Shown piece by piece: positions 1 through 9,330 of a stretch of DNA of 64,000 nucleotides (positions are counted from its first letter, which is position 1; each line of letters opens with the position of its first letter). The DNA comes from Eledone cirrhosa (Eukaryota): contig OZ024741.1 in assembly GCA_964016885.1 (NCBI GenBank), positions 7,998,001 to 8,062,000 on the forward strand, written 5' to 3'. Position numbers and translations under genes: made by a program. Below the pieces are notes generated by a model. It worked only from the letters and a program-made list of their open reading frames with translations, was not told where the DNA came from and made no database searches.

Positions 1-196
1 CTGTGTGTATAGTGTTGATGGTATCAGAGCCTTGGGACATATGAGCTTGTTAGGAATAATGTAATGTTGTCAGCAGGAATAGTCTTGATTCTCATTGGTC
101 AGTTTGTAGATGGTAGTAGGGTTGGTATTTGACCTCAAAGATCCAGGTGGTGTTGTAAAGTTGAAACCGTCAGGCAAGATGACAATAGTTCCATTA

Positions 197-220
197 ATAT
201 ATATATATATATATATATAT
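197..220. repeat. (TA)n microsatellite
   Basis: Pure TA dinucleotide run abutting the left arm of the 217-550 palindrome. Confidence 0.9.
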
Positions 221-263
221 TAATTCAAAATATTAACTAAATAGATATTCTTGTGATCAAGTA

Positions 264-330
264 TATTTTATTATACATATTTCAGAGGTACTGAGTTAAC
301 TTCAACAGTACGTCCTCATCAGATAAAATA
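264..330 (-). ncRNA. Minimal type I hammerhead ribozyme (PLE-type), mirror copy
   Basis: Exact reverse complement of the 437-503 motif. Confidence 0.75.
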
Positions 331-436
331 AGATGATGGATGACATACCCTGACATGGTAGATGGTTATGATTCAGTCATGGTAGTATGACTGAATCTTA
401 ACCATCAACTATGTCAGGGTATGTCATGCATCATCT

Positions 437-503
437 TATTTTATCTGATGAGGACGTACTGTTGAAGTTAACTCAGTACCTCTGAAATATGTATAATAAA
501 ATA
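437..503 (+). ncRNA. Minimal type I hammerhead ribozyme (PLE-type)
   Basis: Stem I TATTTTAT (437-444) pairs with ATAAAATA (496-503). Core CTGATGA is at 445-451. Stem II is GGAcGTACTG/CAGTACcTCT and GAAA is at 484-487. Stem III is very short and quasi-palindromic (TATGTA). The NUH triplet is ATA, with predicted cleavage after 495. Confidence 0.75.
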
Positions 504-640
504 TACTTGATCACAAGAATATCTATTTAGTTAATATTTTGAATTAATATTAATAACTCCGGAAACACATAACGGTTGAGTGCTTCCAATCTATTGTAAA
601 ACTCATTCTTTGATTTATTAATTGAACCTTGTTTAACCTT

Positions 641-643
<3 letters not shown>

Positions 644-708
<65 letters not shown>
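644..708. repeat. (TA)n microsatellite
   Basis: Pure TA run. Confidence 0.95.
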
Positions 709-1282
<574 letters not shown>

Positions 1283-1320
1283 TAAATTATACAATTATCA
1301 AAGTTGTGTTCAAATCATTT

Positions 1321-1372
1321 AATAGCTGACAATCGTTTCTTCCAAACTCTCATTTAGATTCATCGGAGTATT
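1321..1372 (-). ncRNA. Hammerhead ribozyme-like motif with variant core
   Basis: The minus strand reads AATACT-CCGATGA-aTCTAAAT-GAGA-GTTTGGAa-GAAA-C-GATT-GTC-AGcTATT. This gives stem I, a core with U4->C, stem II with a GNRA loop, GAAA, a minimal stem III and a GUC cleavage triplet. Confidence 0.55.
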
Positions 1373-2693
1373 ATCAATGTTTGCACATATAATTAACCTT
1401 CTATTCAACTGAACAATAATATAGATACATATAAATTGATGTAGTGAGAAACAGTTTCGTATTTACAGGCTGGAATGGATGTGACATATATTTTACGAGA
1501 ATTGTACAATAATTGTACAAACATTCAAGTTCAAATTCAAATTCGAATTCAAATTAAACTAAAATCAAAAGCACGGAGTGGAATACATGCAACAGTTAAA
1601 ACAAGAATAGTCCAAATATTAAAGAGGCATTGAGGAAGTAGTTTTGAGAAAGGACGAGTGCAATAACAATTCATATGCAGGTGTGTGGATAGTGAGACTG
1701 CGTCAGTCATATATATGAGGAGGAGACAAGCAAAGCTATTATGTATATATAGATGAATAAATACTGCACTTTAAGCAAATATGTTAATGTATTAGAATCT
1801 ATGGTGGATGTTGAATGTTGATGGTGTTCGAATTAATGTGTGTTGAGAAACATACAGTTTTTGCAGACTTTTACATGATATATGTTGAATTAAATTTTAG
1901 TTAATGTTTATATTGAATGTTTTAAGTTAGTTAGAGCAATGGATTGTAAATTAGTCTTAAAGAATTCATATTCATAGACTATATTTGATCAACCGTTAAA
2001 TTTTCAATCGTTAATTTCCGGAAGTGAATAAGGGGAGCTAATGCGTAAGGGGAGGTAACTAGCTAATTAAGTTCAATTCAGTTATTAAAATTCTTTGTTC
2101 TAATACGCAATATAATGTGATACCATTGGATCTCTGTTACATAACCCTGTATATTTATTCCTGATTTTACATACAGTGTATTTACTATCATACATTAAAG
2201 GTCTCTTTATATTGTTATCTATTCATTACTGGACAAGGTATATGTTATGAAGGATTATACAGCTGTTAATATGTCATAGTAGATATGTCATATGTGCAAT
2301 AATATAATCCCTAATATAGAATGCTATTACATTTTATATTTAATTATAAATGTATATATACTTTACTATTATTATGTTGTGTAATTTAACCATTTAATTA
2401 TACAATTATAAATGCACATATATGCACAATTATAAATGCACATTAAATGTCTCTACATACCAAGAGCCAAATATTCATTACTGTATATGATATAATTAAT
2501 CTATTGTAGTTATATCACAAGGTGGTAACTCTATGTCTAATTCTAATTGTTATTGCAGCACATAAGGTTATAGATGAGTAGGAGTTGTGTAGAGGAAAGA
2601 GTTGGTCGAGGGGTTTGTGGTTGTGGGTGCTGCTAAGTCCTAGATATGTAGTGTTAATGGTGGTGGGGAATTCAAATCTGGCATTGTTGTATA

Positions 2694-3448
2694 CTAACAG
2701 CTAGGTTTAAAGTTATGGAACGAGTGCCGGTACCGGTGTTGGCACGAGGAAAATGTCACTGACTTTCTATTAAGGAGGTCTAGTTTCGAAAAGGTTATAG
2801 TATGGGTCTCCAGAAGGCAGAGATTACACAATTTATTCGGTGGTTTATACGACGAGGCCCCTACTTACTACTTCCCATTGCAGTGTAAATGGTCTATTCC
2901 TAGTTTTCAGAGAGTGTATGTAGGTAGCTAGATAAAGAAGTGGAGCTGGCTATATTGTGTTTTTTGAAAGAGTGGAGGTGCGAGTTGTATCTCGTCTTGA
3001 AGTTGTTCGAAGTAGAACCTATATATGTTTTAGAAGAGTTGTTTGCGTTGACGATGCATGAGTAGATGATGTCTTTGGTTAAGCAATTATTACCTAGGGG
3101 GCAAGTTCTATTAGTTCTACAGTTACATTTATTCTGGGTGTTAGTTTGCTGGTTCATATGTTGTGAAGAATTCTGGTTGCTAGGGATAGCACTAGGGTAA
3201 TGATGTCTATCATTCGTATTGTTATTGATTTCGTTAGTACTATATCATTGTTACTATTATTACTACTATTGTTTACAGGTACTAAGTTTACCTCCTGTTG
3301 TGTTTTAATTAGTTGGAAATAGCTATTAATCTTCCTTTTATTACTACTAGCTATATGGTATGCTATGTTAGGCGTGGTGGAGTACGATATTTTAATTGTA
3401 TTTTTATTGATAAGGCTATGGTACTTGTGGCCGGTCGGGAAGTTTTTT
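2694..3448 (-). pseudogene. Frameshifted PLE ORF 3' part: RT C-terminal region, zinc-knuckle linker and GIY-YIG endonuclease
   Basis: Manual translation gives KNFPTGHKYHSLINKNTIKISYSTTPNIAYHIASSNKRKIN (~3448-3325), then an Asn-rich linker. Next is CNCRTNRTCPLGNNCLTKDIIY…TYIGSTSNNFKTRYNSH…STSLSSY (ORF 2900-3157). After frameshifts it reads NRPFTLQWEVVSR and ASSYKPPNKLCNLCLLETHTI…LLNRKSVTFSSCQHRYRH, with a stop at 2694-2696. Confidence 0.88.
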
Positions 3449-3685
3449 ATATATATTTAAAAAAAACTAGAAATGATAATGAACAAGGAAAAAAACCTGA
3501 AGCCGATAAAAACTGTCCAATAACTAAATTTCAAGTTAGTTGCAGTTTAATTGAGTCAATGACGAGGTCGTAAGGAGTACGACGAAAATTTTGACACTAA
3601 GAAATAAACGTTAAATATATTATGAAAGAGTTTTTGTATGTTTTAGGTGATATTTGGTTGGAATACACGGTCTTAGATCAAGTCA

Positions 3686-3830
3686 TTTGGTTAAGATACA
3701 TCTTTGGTTAAGATATATCTTTGGTTAAGATACAACTATGTTAAGATAGATCTATGTTAAGATAGATCTATGTTAAGATACATCTATGGTTAAGATACAT
3801 CTTAACCATAGATGTATCTTACATAGATGT
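3686..3830. repeat. 16-17-bp tandem repeat (GTTAAGATACATCTWTG-like) ending in a palindrome
   Basis: About 7 direct copies, then an orientation flip; 3774-3796 and 3799-3821 are perfect reverse complements. Confidence 0.8.
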
Positions 3831-3839
3831 TTCGGCGCT

Positions 3840-3850
3840 TATATATATAA

Positions 3851-3881
<31 letters not shown>

Positions 3882-3985
3882 CACACCCACACACACACAT
3901 ATATATATATGTGTGCATGTATGTATATATATACATACTACTGTACGTCTGTATACATATATGTATGTACGTATACATACTTATA
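3840..3985. repeat. Mixed TA/TG/CA microsatellite
   Basis: Alternating purine-pyrimidine low-complexity sequence. Confidence 0.85.
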
Positions 3986-4371
3986 TTTAAGTATCAGCCG
4001 TACTAAGAGTGAGAAATGAAATTTCATTTTTTTCTATATAAAGAATGATATGCTCATATGTGGAGAGGCTATATAATAGACCCTTAAAGACGGATAAAGA
4101 AGTAGCTATCGCCCGCCGTCGGCCGATGGTAAATTATATTGTATATTAGGTTGTTTTCTTGTAAAATATATTCTTTAGTACTAAATATCTACTTCACATT
4201 CGTATATTATAAAAACTCTCAGATTACAAAAGAATCAAAACTAAAGGAGTTTCTCAATTGCAGTGACTGAAATTTACATTTAAAAGGGTTTCTAATCCAG
4301 GTTCAGGGCCAACAATTTTAGGGAAAATCCATGAAATCTATCATAGTTACGTAACTGTTATTTTAAGGTGT

Positions 4372-4585
4372 ATTGGCAGAATCGGTAGAGCACCGGACAG
4401 CCTGCTTCGTGACATAGAGTCACGGCTATTTACGTTCTGGGTTCAAATCCCAACGAGGTTAACTTTGCCTTTCATCATTACGGGGTCGATACAATAAAGT
4501 ACCAGTAATGTACTTGGGTCGATTTAATCGACTTTCCTTTCCCCCAAAATTTCTCGTCTTGTGCCTAAAGTAGAAATCGCTATTT
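4372..4585 (+). mobile_element. tRNA-derived SINE, apparently full length
   Basis: A-box-like TGGCAGAATCGG and B-box GGTTCAAATCC (4440-4450). The body is GCCTTTCATC…GGGGTCGATA…AAAGTACCAG and the tail is CCCCCAAAATTT…CTTGTGCCTAAAGTAGAAA. It is homologous to five other copies in this window. Confidence 0.85.
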
Positions 4586-4741
4586 TCTTTTCTTTACCCC
4601 GAAGTACGAATTGTAAAGGAAATTTGAGGATAATCTTGTACAGGGTTGTGAAAAGTTGTAAAAAAACCCTGATGATGGTTTTAGGGTGTTTGAGTGAAGG
4701 GGCACATAGCGGTCAAACAGTGTATATTGTATATTAATATT

Positions 4742-4878
4742 GAAGAGGGGGGGTAGAGAGGGGGTAGAGTGAGAGAGAGGGAGAGAGAGAGATATAGAGA
4801 GAGGGGAGAGTGAGAGAGAGGGGGAGATATATATATATAGAAGGGGGTAGAGTGAGAGAAAGGCGTGGGGATAGAGAG

Positions 4879-4911
<33 letters not shown>

Positions 4912-4925
4912 GCTATGAGAGAGAT
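4742..4925. repeat. (GA)n-rich purine tract
   Basis: GA dinucleotide and G-run low complexity. Confidence 0.9.
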
Positions 4926-5098
4926 ATTTGTTGATTACTGATGTTTAGGGAGACTCAAGTTTGTCAAAGAAGACATTGAGTTATTTATGGGGTTTAGATA
5001 TAAAATAGTTTTACAGGAGATACTAAAGAACAAATTACAGGGAGAGACTAACAGCTCATAAAATTCTACTAAGTGATAGCCGAATATATATGTAATAA

Positions 5099-5100
<2 letters not shown>

Positions 5101-5190
<90 letters not shown>
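5101..5190. repeat. (TA)n(TG)n compound microsatellite
   Basis: Directly visible. Confidence 0.95.
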
Positions 5191-5191
<1 letters not shown>

Positions 5192-5759
5192 CACATAAAT
5201 TACTTATATTCTCATGCATGTAAATACATTTATGTGGTTGGACATTAATCTTTCCAACGCCCCCTGTCCGAAATAATCTATTTATGGAATACAGGCATGA
5301 ATAGGTAAATATTTGAAACTCCAGCAAAGACCAGTCATGGCTGGCCAAGAATATGAAATAAATTCATAAAATAAAATAAATAATGGTGTCAGAATTTTGA
5401 CAATAATACTCCCTGTTGTTATAACAAGTCATATTTTTGAGATCGCTATTGTTCCGAATAACCACCATTACATGCTGTCATGGTGTGTTTGGTGGCCAAC
5501 GTGAGTGTTTTTGTATATCACCAGTAGAAAGCTAACACACTCCACTGATAACGTGATTTTCTCGTTTCACTTCAAACAGCTAAAGGTGAAATGATACTCT
5601 TTCATTTCATGAATGACATTTTCTTCCTTTATTTTCTTCTCATACCAATATATGTACAATATTTGATTTGGTTGTTTAATACACTTTACATTCCAACTGT
5701 GCCGCATTCGACCGAGTCCACCTTACTCGCCTTCACTTTGGCCACCACAGAAGCCAGCT

Positions 5760-6070
5760 AGAAACGACCTGCTAGAGATAACAGCCAAATTCCCCCCAAA
5801 TTCCTACTGTCTTACAGAAAAGGAAGACAAATTGAAGAATATATTTTCTAACACACAAAAGACGGAATGGCCACTGTCAGGACACTTTTATCTTCAGGTT
5901 TACACAATCATGGTTAAATTCCAACACTAAAATAATCGACACTGATTCTAGGTGGCTGCTCATTCCGCGAGAAATAGCAGTAACATCTACCTCTAAACAC
6001 AGCCGTCTTGATAAAGTAATAAATTGTATAGTCAGTACATATGTAGAGTTAAATAAATTAGACCATGGAA
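5760..6070 (+). repeat. Two diverged copies of an interspersed-repeat fragment
   Basis: GCTAGAGATAACAGCCAAATTCCCCCCAAA…CTGTCTT (~5771-5812) resembles GCGAGAAATAGCAGTAACATCTACCTCTAAA…CCGTCTT (~5967-6009). The family is not firmly identified. Confidence 0.35.
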
Positions 6071-6183
6071 TATAACAGGTATTTGTCGATTGGAAATGAT
6101 AAATTGTCAATAACCGAGAGAGTAGTAAATTGTAGATGTCTTGCTATCAATATTGGGGTGGAGGAGTGAGGGTTATAACAATG

Positions 6184-6392
6184 AATTGACAGAGTCAGTA
6201 GAGCGACGGAGAAATGTTTAGCAGTATTTCTTCTGACTCATAACGTTATCAGTTCAAATCCCACCCAAGAAAATGTTGCTTTTAATCCTTCAGAAGCCGA
6301 TAACATAAAGTACTAGTCAAGTACTGGGGTCGATATTATCGATGTTTTATTCGCCAAATTTCTGGTCTTGGACCAACATTAGGAATTACTAT
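6184..6392 (+). mobile_element. tRNA-derived SINE, diverged copy
   Basis: B-box AGTTCAAATCC (6251-6261), AAAGTACTAGTCAAGTACTGGGGTCGAT and the tail AAATTTCTGGTCTTG; collinear with 4372-4585. Confidence 0.8.
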
Positions 6393-6399
6393 TCAGGAT

Positions 6400-6580
6400 A
6401 GGGGTCCTGCTCGCAGAAGTGTGTTCAAGAAAATGATGGAAAGCGTTTTTAAATAGAATCTTCAGCATGAAGAAAAAGTCAATTTGGATCAGTTGGAGAC
6501 GGTTGCTTCTGACAGGACCCACTGGAAGGGTTGTTTGAGGACTCTACCCCCACGACCCCATCAGGAATAAATGGGCCATA
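6400..6580 (+). mobile_element. RTE-clade LINE 3' remnant
   Basis: One frame reads LDQLETVASDRTHWKG, matching the RTE ORF C-terminal 'xExxAxDRxxWR' motif. It is followed by CCCCCACGACCCCATCAGGAATAA, which resembles Expander/Rex3-like 3' ends (from recall). Confidence 0.5.
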
Positions 6581-6620
6581 CACACACTTTGTCATCAATA
6601 GCTATTTTATTACAAAATAT

Positions 6621-6803
6621 AATTGTTTCTATTTTTGGCACAAGGCCACAACATACCCAGTGCATTACTGGTACTTTATTTTATCCACCTCGTAAGGATG
6701 AAAGGTAAAGTTAACCTCGGCGGGATATCAACTCAGACCATAAAGGGACGTAACTATGCTGCAAAGTATGGCGTCCGACCCGCTACCGATACTGCCAATC
6801 CAC
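6621..6803 (-). mobile_element. tRNA-derived SINE (short-tail subfamily)
   Basis: The reverse complement reads GTGGATTGGCAGTATCGGTAG…ATCCCGCCGAGGTTAAC…AAAGTACCAGTAATGCACTGGG…GGCCTTGTGCCAAAAATAGAAACAAT, closely matching 61733-61923. Confidence 0.85.
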
Positions 6804-6845
6804 CCACAAAATGTTATTGAAAAGTCTCTTGTTAGATATTGTTTA

Positions 6846-7696
6846 TTGTAGTGAGAGGTGTAGGGGGGTAAAGTTGACCAGCTAACCCCTTAGCCCCATG
6901 TCTCCATATCTCTCAACTCAGCACCTAACCAGCTACTGTCTTGTAGTGAGAGGTGTAGGGGGGTAAAGTTGACCAGCTAACCCCTTAGCCCCATGTCTCC
7001 ATATCTCTCAACTCTGCACCTAACCAGCTACTGTCTTGTAGTGAGAGGTGTAGGGGGGTAAAGTTGACCAGCTAACCCCTTAGCCCCATGTCTCCATATC
7101 TCTCAACTCTGCACCTTATCAGCTACTCTCTTGTAGTGAGAGGTGTAGGGGGGTAAAGTTGACCAGCTAACCCCTTAGCCCCATGTCTCCATATCTCTCA
7201 ACTCAGCACCTTATCAGCTACTGTCTTGTAGTGAGAGGTGTAGGGTAAAGTTGACCAGCTAACCCCTTAGCCCCATGTCTCCATATCTCTCAACTCAGCA
7301 CCTAACCAGCTACTGTCTTGTAGTGAGAGGTGTAGGGGGGTAAAGTTGACCAGCTAACCCCTTAGCCCCATGTCTCCATATCTCTCAACTCTGCACCTTA
7401 TCAGCTACTCTCTTGTAGTGAGAGGTGTAGGGGGGTAAAGTTGACCAGCTAACCCCTTAGCCCCATGTCTCCATATCTCTCAACTCAGCACCTTATCAGC
7501 TACTGTCTTGTAGTGAGAGGTGTAGGGTAAAGTTGACCAGCTAACCCCTTAGCCCCATGTCTCCATATCTCTCAACTCAGCACCTAACCAGCTACTGTCT
7601 TGTAGTGAGAGGTGTAGGGGGGTAAAGTTGACCAGCTAACCCCTTAGCCCCATGTCTCCATATCTCTCAACTCAGCACCTTATCAGCTACTCTCTT
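6846..7696. repeat. 95-bp tandem repeat, 9 copies
   Basis: Units start at 6846, 6941, 7036, 7131, 7226, 7318, 7413, 7508 and 7600; two units are 92 bp because of a shorter G run. Confidence 0.95.
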
Positions 7697-7867
7697 CAGC
7701 TATTGTGTTGGCTCGTTAAAAAGGCGCCTAAAAAGACGAAGTCTGACAAGCTCTGCTTTACACATTTACTTACCATTTAATGTTTTTTCTACACTCTCTG
7801 ATTCATGAACGAATAAATAAAACAATAAAATCAAATATGTTCACTTCACATAGATGCAAACATATAA

Positions 7868-7934
7868 ACATATATACACACACACACACATATATATATA
7901 TACATATATATATATACACACATACATATTTATA

Positions 7935-8000
<66 letters not shown>

Positions 8001-8080
8001 AATACATAAATAAATATATGTATACATATATATATATATTATATACATATATATGTGTATATATATATACACACACACAC
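7868..8080. repeat. TA/CA microsatellite complex
   Basis: Directly visible. Confidence 0.9.
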
Positions 8081-8251
8081 TGCGACGGGCAAATGTATCA
8101 CTTCACTTCATTTCATTACAGATAGTTGGTGACAAACAATTTAGTAACAAATATTCTGTGAACTTAATTTTTTGCCCACTAATATTAATTAATGTCAAAG
8201 TCTCTCTCCTATAGCTTCTATTCACTTTAGTCAGAAGCGTTAATAAAGACG

Positions 8252-8330
8252 AAACAATACAATACAACAAACAATACAACAATACAACAAACAATACAAA
8301 CAATACAAACAATACAACAAATAATAATAA
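8252..8330. repeat. (CAATA)/(CAAA)-type microsatellite
   Basis: Repeated ACAATAC/ACAA units. Confidence 0.75.
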
Positions 8331-8865
8331 AGAGCAAAGAAAAACAAGAAAAAGAAAAGAAAACAAGACTAGAAGTTGATTTTGATTTCTGGTACGTGAA
8401 AAACGATAGAAATTTTTCAATCATCACCTTTTGTAACAATATGGCGATCACTTGTAAATTTTGTGTGTGGCTTTATATTTCTCCTTTTATTCGTTTTATT
8501 TTTTTTGTTGGTTTTATAAAGTCTTGTATCTCTTCTATTTATTAATTTAGACAAAAAGAAATGCAGAAAAAATATTTAATTGAATTTTGTTGCTTAAGAA
8601 AAACAACAAAAGAAAATAAAAGAAAACAATATTTTTTGTGAGATGTATTCGTGTTTCATCAATCAAAATTGAAATTTAATTTGTATTTTTTTTTTTTTTA
8701 AAGATTATAATTCTTTTCTTTTTAGTTAAAAACTGGAAAATAAATTTCTTTATGAAATTTCCATTATTCCCCGCCATGAGATGTGATGGTGGGGGAGTAT
8801 TATTATAATGAATTGTTTTACTGGGGGAGAAAGAGATTCTTTTCATGTAAAGGAGACTGGAATGG

Positions 8866-9197
8866 GGGACCTGAAATAGGGGACAATGTTGTAAAGAAGC
8901 CTTAAATAGGGGACATTGCCGTAAAGAAGCCTTAAATAGGGGATATTGTCGTAAAGAAGCCTTAAATAGGGGACATTGCCATAAAGAAGCCTTAAATAGG
9001 GGACATTGTTGTAAAGAAGCCTTAAATAGGGGACATTGTCGTAAAGAAGGTTTAAATAGGGGACATTGTCATAAAGAAGCCTTAAATAGGGGACATTGTT
9101 GTAAAGAAGCCTTAAATAGGGGACATTGTCGTAAAGAAGTCTCAAAAAGGGGACATTGTCGCAAAGTAGCCTGAAATAGGGAACATTGTCGTAAAGG
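8866..9197. repeat. 30-bp minisatellite, about 11 copies
   Basis: Unit GTAAAGAAGCCTTAAATAGGGGACATTGTC, with degenerate copies at both ends. Confidence 0.95.
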
Positions 9198-9217
9198 TAT
9201 CCCTTCCAGGTCCACTC

Positions 9218-9330
9218 TTTGAATTCAAATCCCGCCGAGGTAAACTTTGCTTTTCCTTTTTCGAAGTTGATAAAAAAAAGGTTCCTGTCAGGTACTGGGA
9301 TAGATTCTCCCCCTATAATCTCCTGTTTAC
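9218..9330 (+). mobile_element. 5'-truncated SINE running directly into the first satellite monomer
   Basis: AATTCAAATCCCGCCGAGGTAAACTTTGCTTTTC…GTTGATAAAAAAAAGGTTCCTGTCAGGTACTGGGATAGAT is collinear with SINE GTTCAAATCCCGCCGAGGTTAACTTTGCCTTTC…GTCGATAAAATAAAGTACCAGT…GTACTGGGGTCGAT. Confidence 0.8.

Larger units (their letters stand above)
217..550. repeat. Long inverted repeat (164-bp arms, 6-nt loop); probable inverted Penelope pseudo-LTR pair
   Basis: 217-380 is the reverse complement of 387-550 with no indels. I count 4 mismatches, all in the loop-proximal ~45 bp. The loop is GGTAGT (381-386). Each arm contains a hammerhead motif. Confidence 0.9.

Noticed and set aside
1-195. Possible coding fragment at the window start
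   Set aside because: The minus-strand frames I translated are short and show no motif I recognise; upstream context is needed.
2694-3157. Selenoprotein-type Naiad (UGA at Cys positions plus SECIS)
   Set aside because: The conserved cysteines I translated are TGT/TGC, the interruptions are frameshifts, and I could not identify a SECIS by eye.
4104-4131. GC-rich small hairpin as a Helitron 3' end
   Set aside because: The stem is imperfect, there is no correctly placed CTAG terminus and there is no other support.
4372-4460. tRNA gene (A and B boxes)
   Set aside because: There is no cloverleaf, and the boxes continue into the shared SINE body, so this is a SINE head.
6846-7696. Telomeric-like CTAACCCC/TTAG motifs in the 95-mer
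   Set aside because: These are isolated single motifs, not tandem (TTAGGG)n.
8103-8451. Hydrophobic, membrane-protein-like ORFs
   Set aside because: The hydrophobic stretch derives from the (CAATA)/A-rich simple repeat read on the minus strand; no recognisable domain.
8843-9145. LRR-like ORF (LRLLYDNVPY)n
   Set aside because: It is the translation of a 30-bp minisatellite; a 10-aa period does not fit an LRR and there is no flanking coding context.
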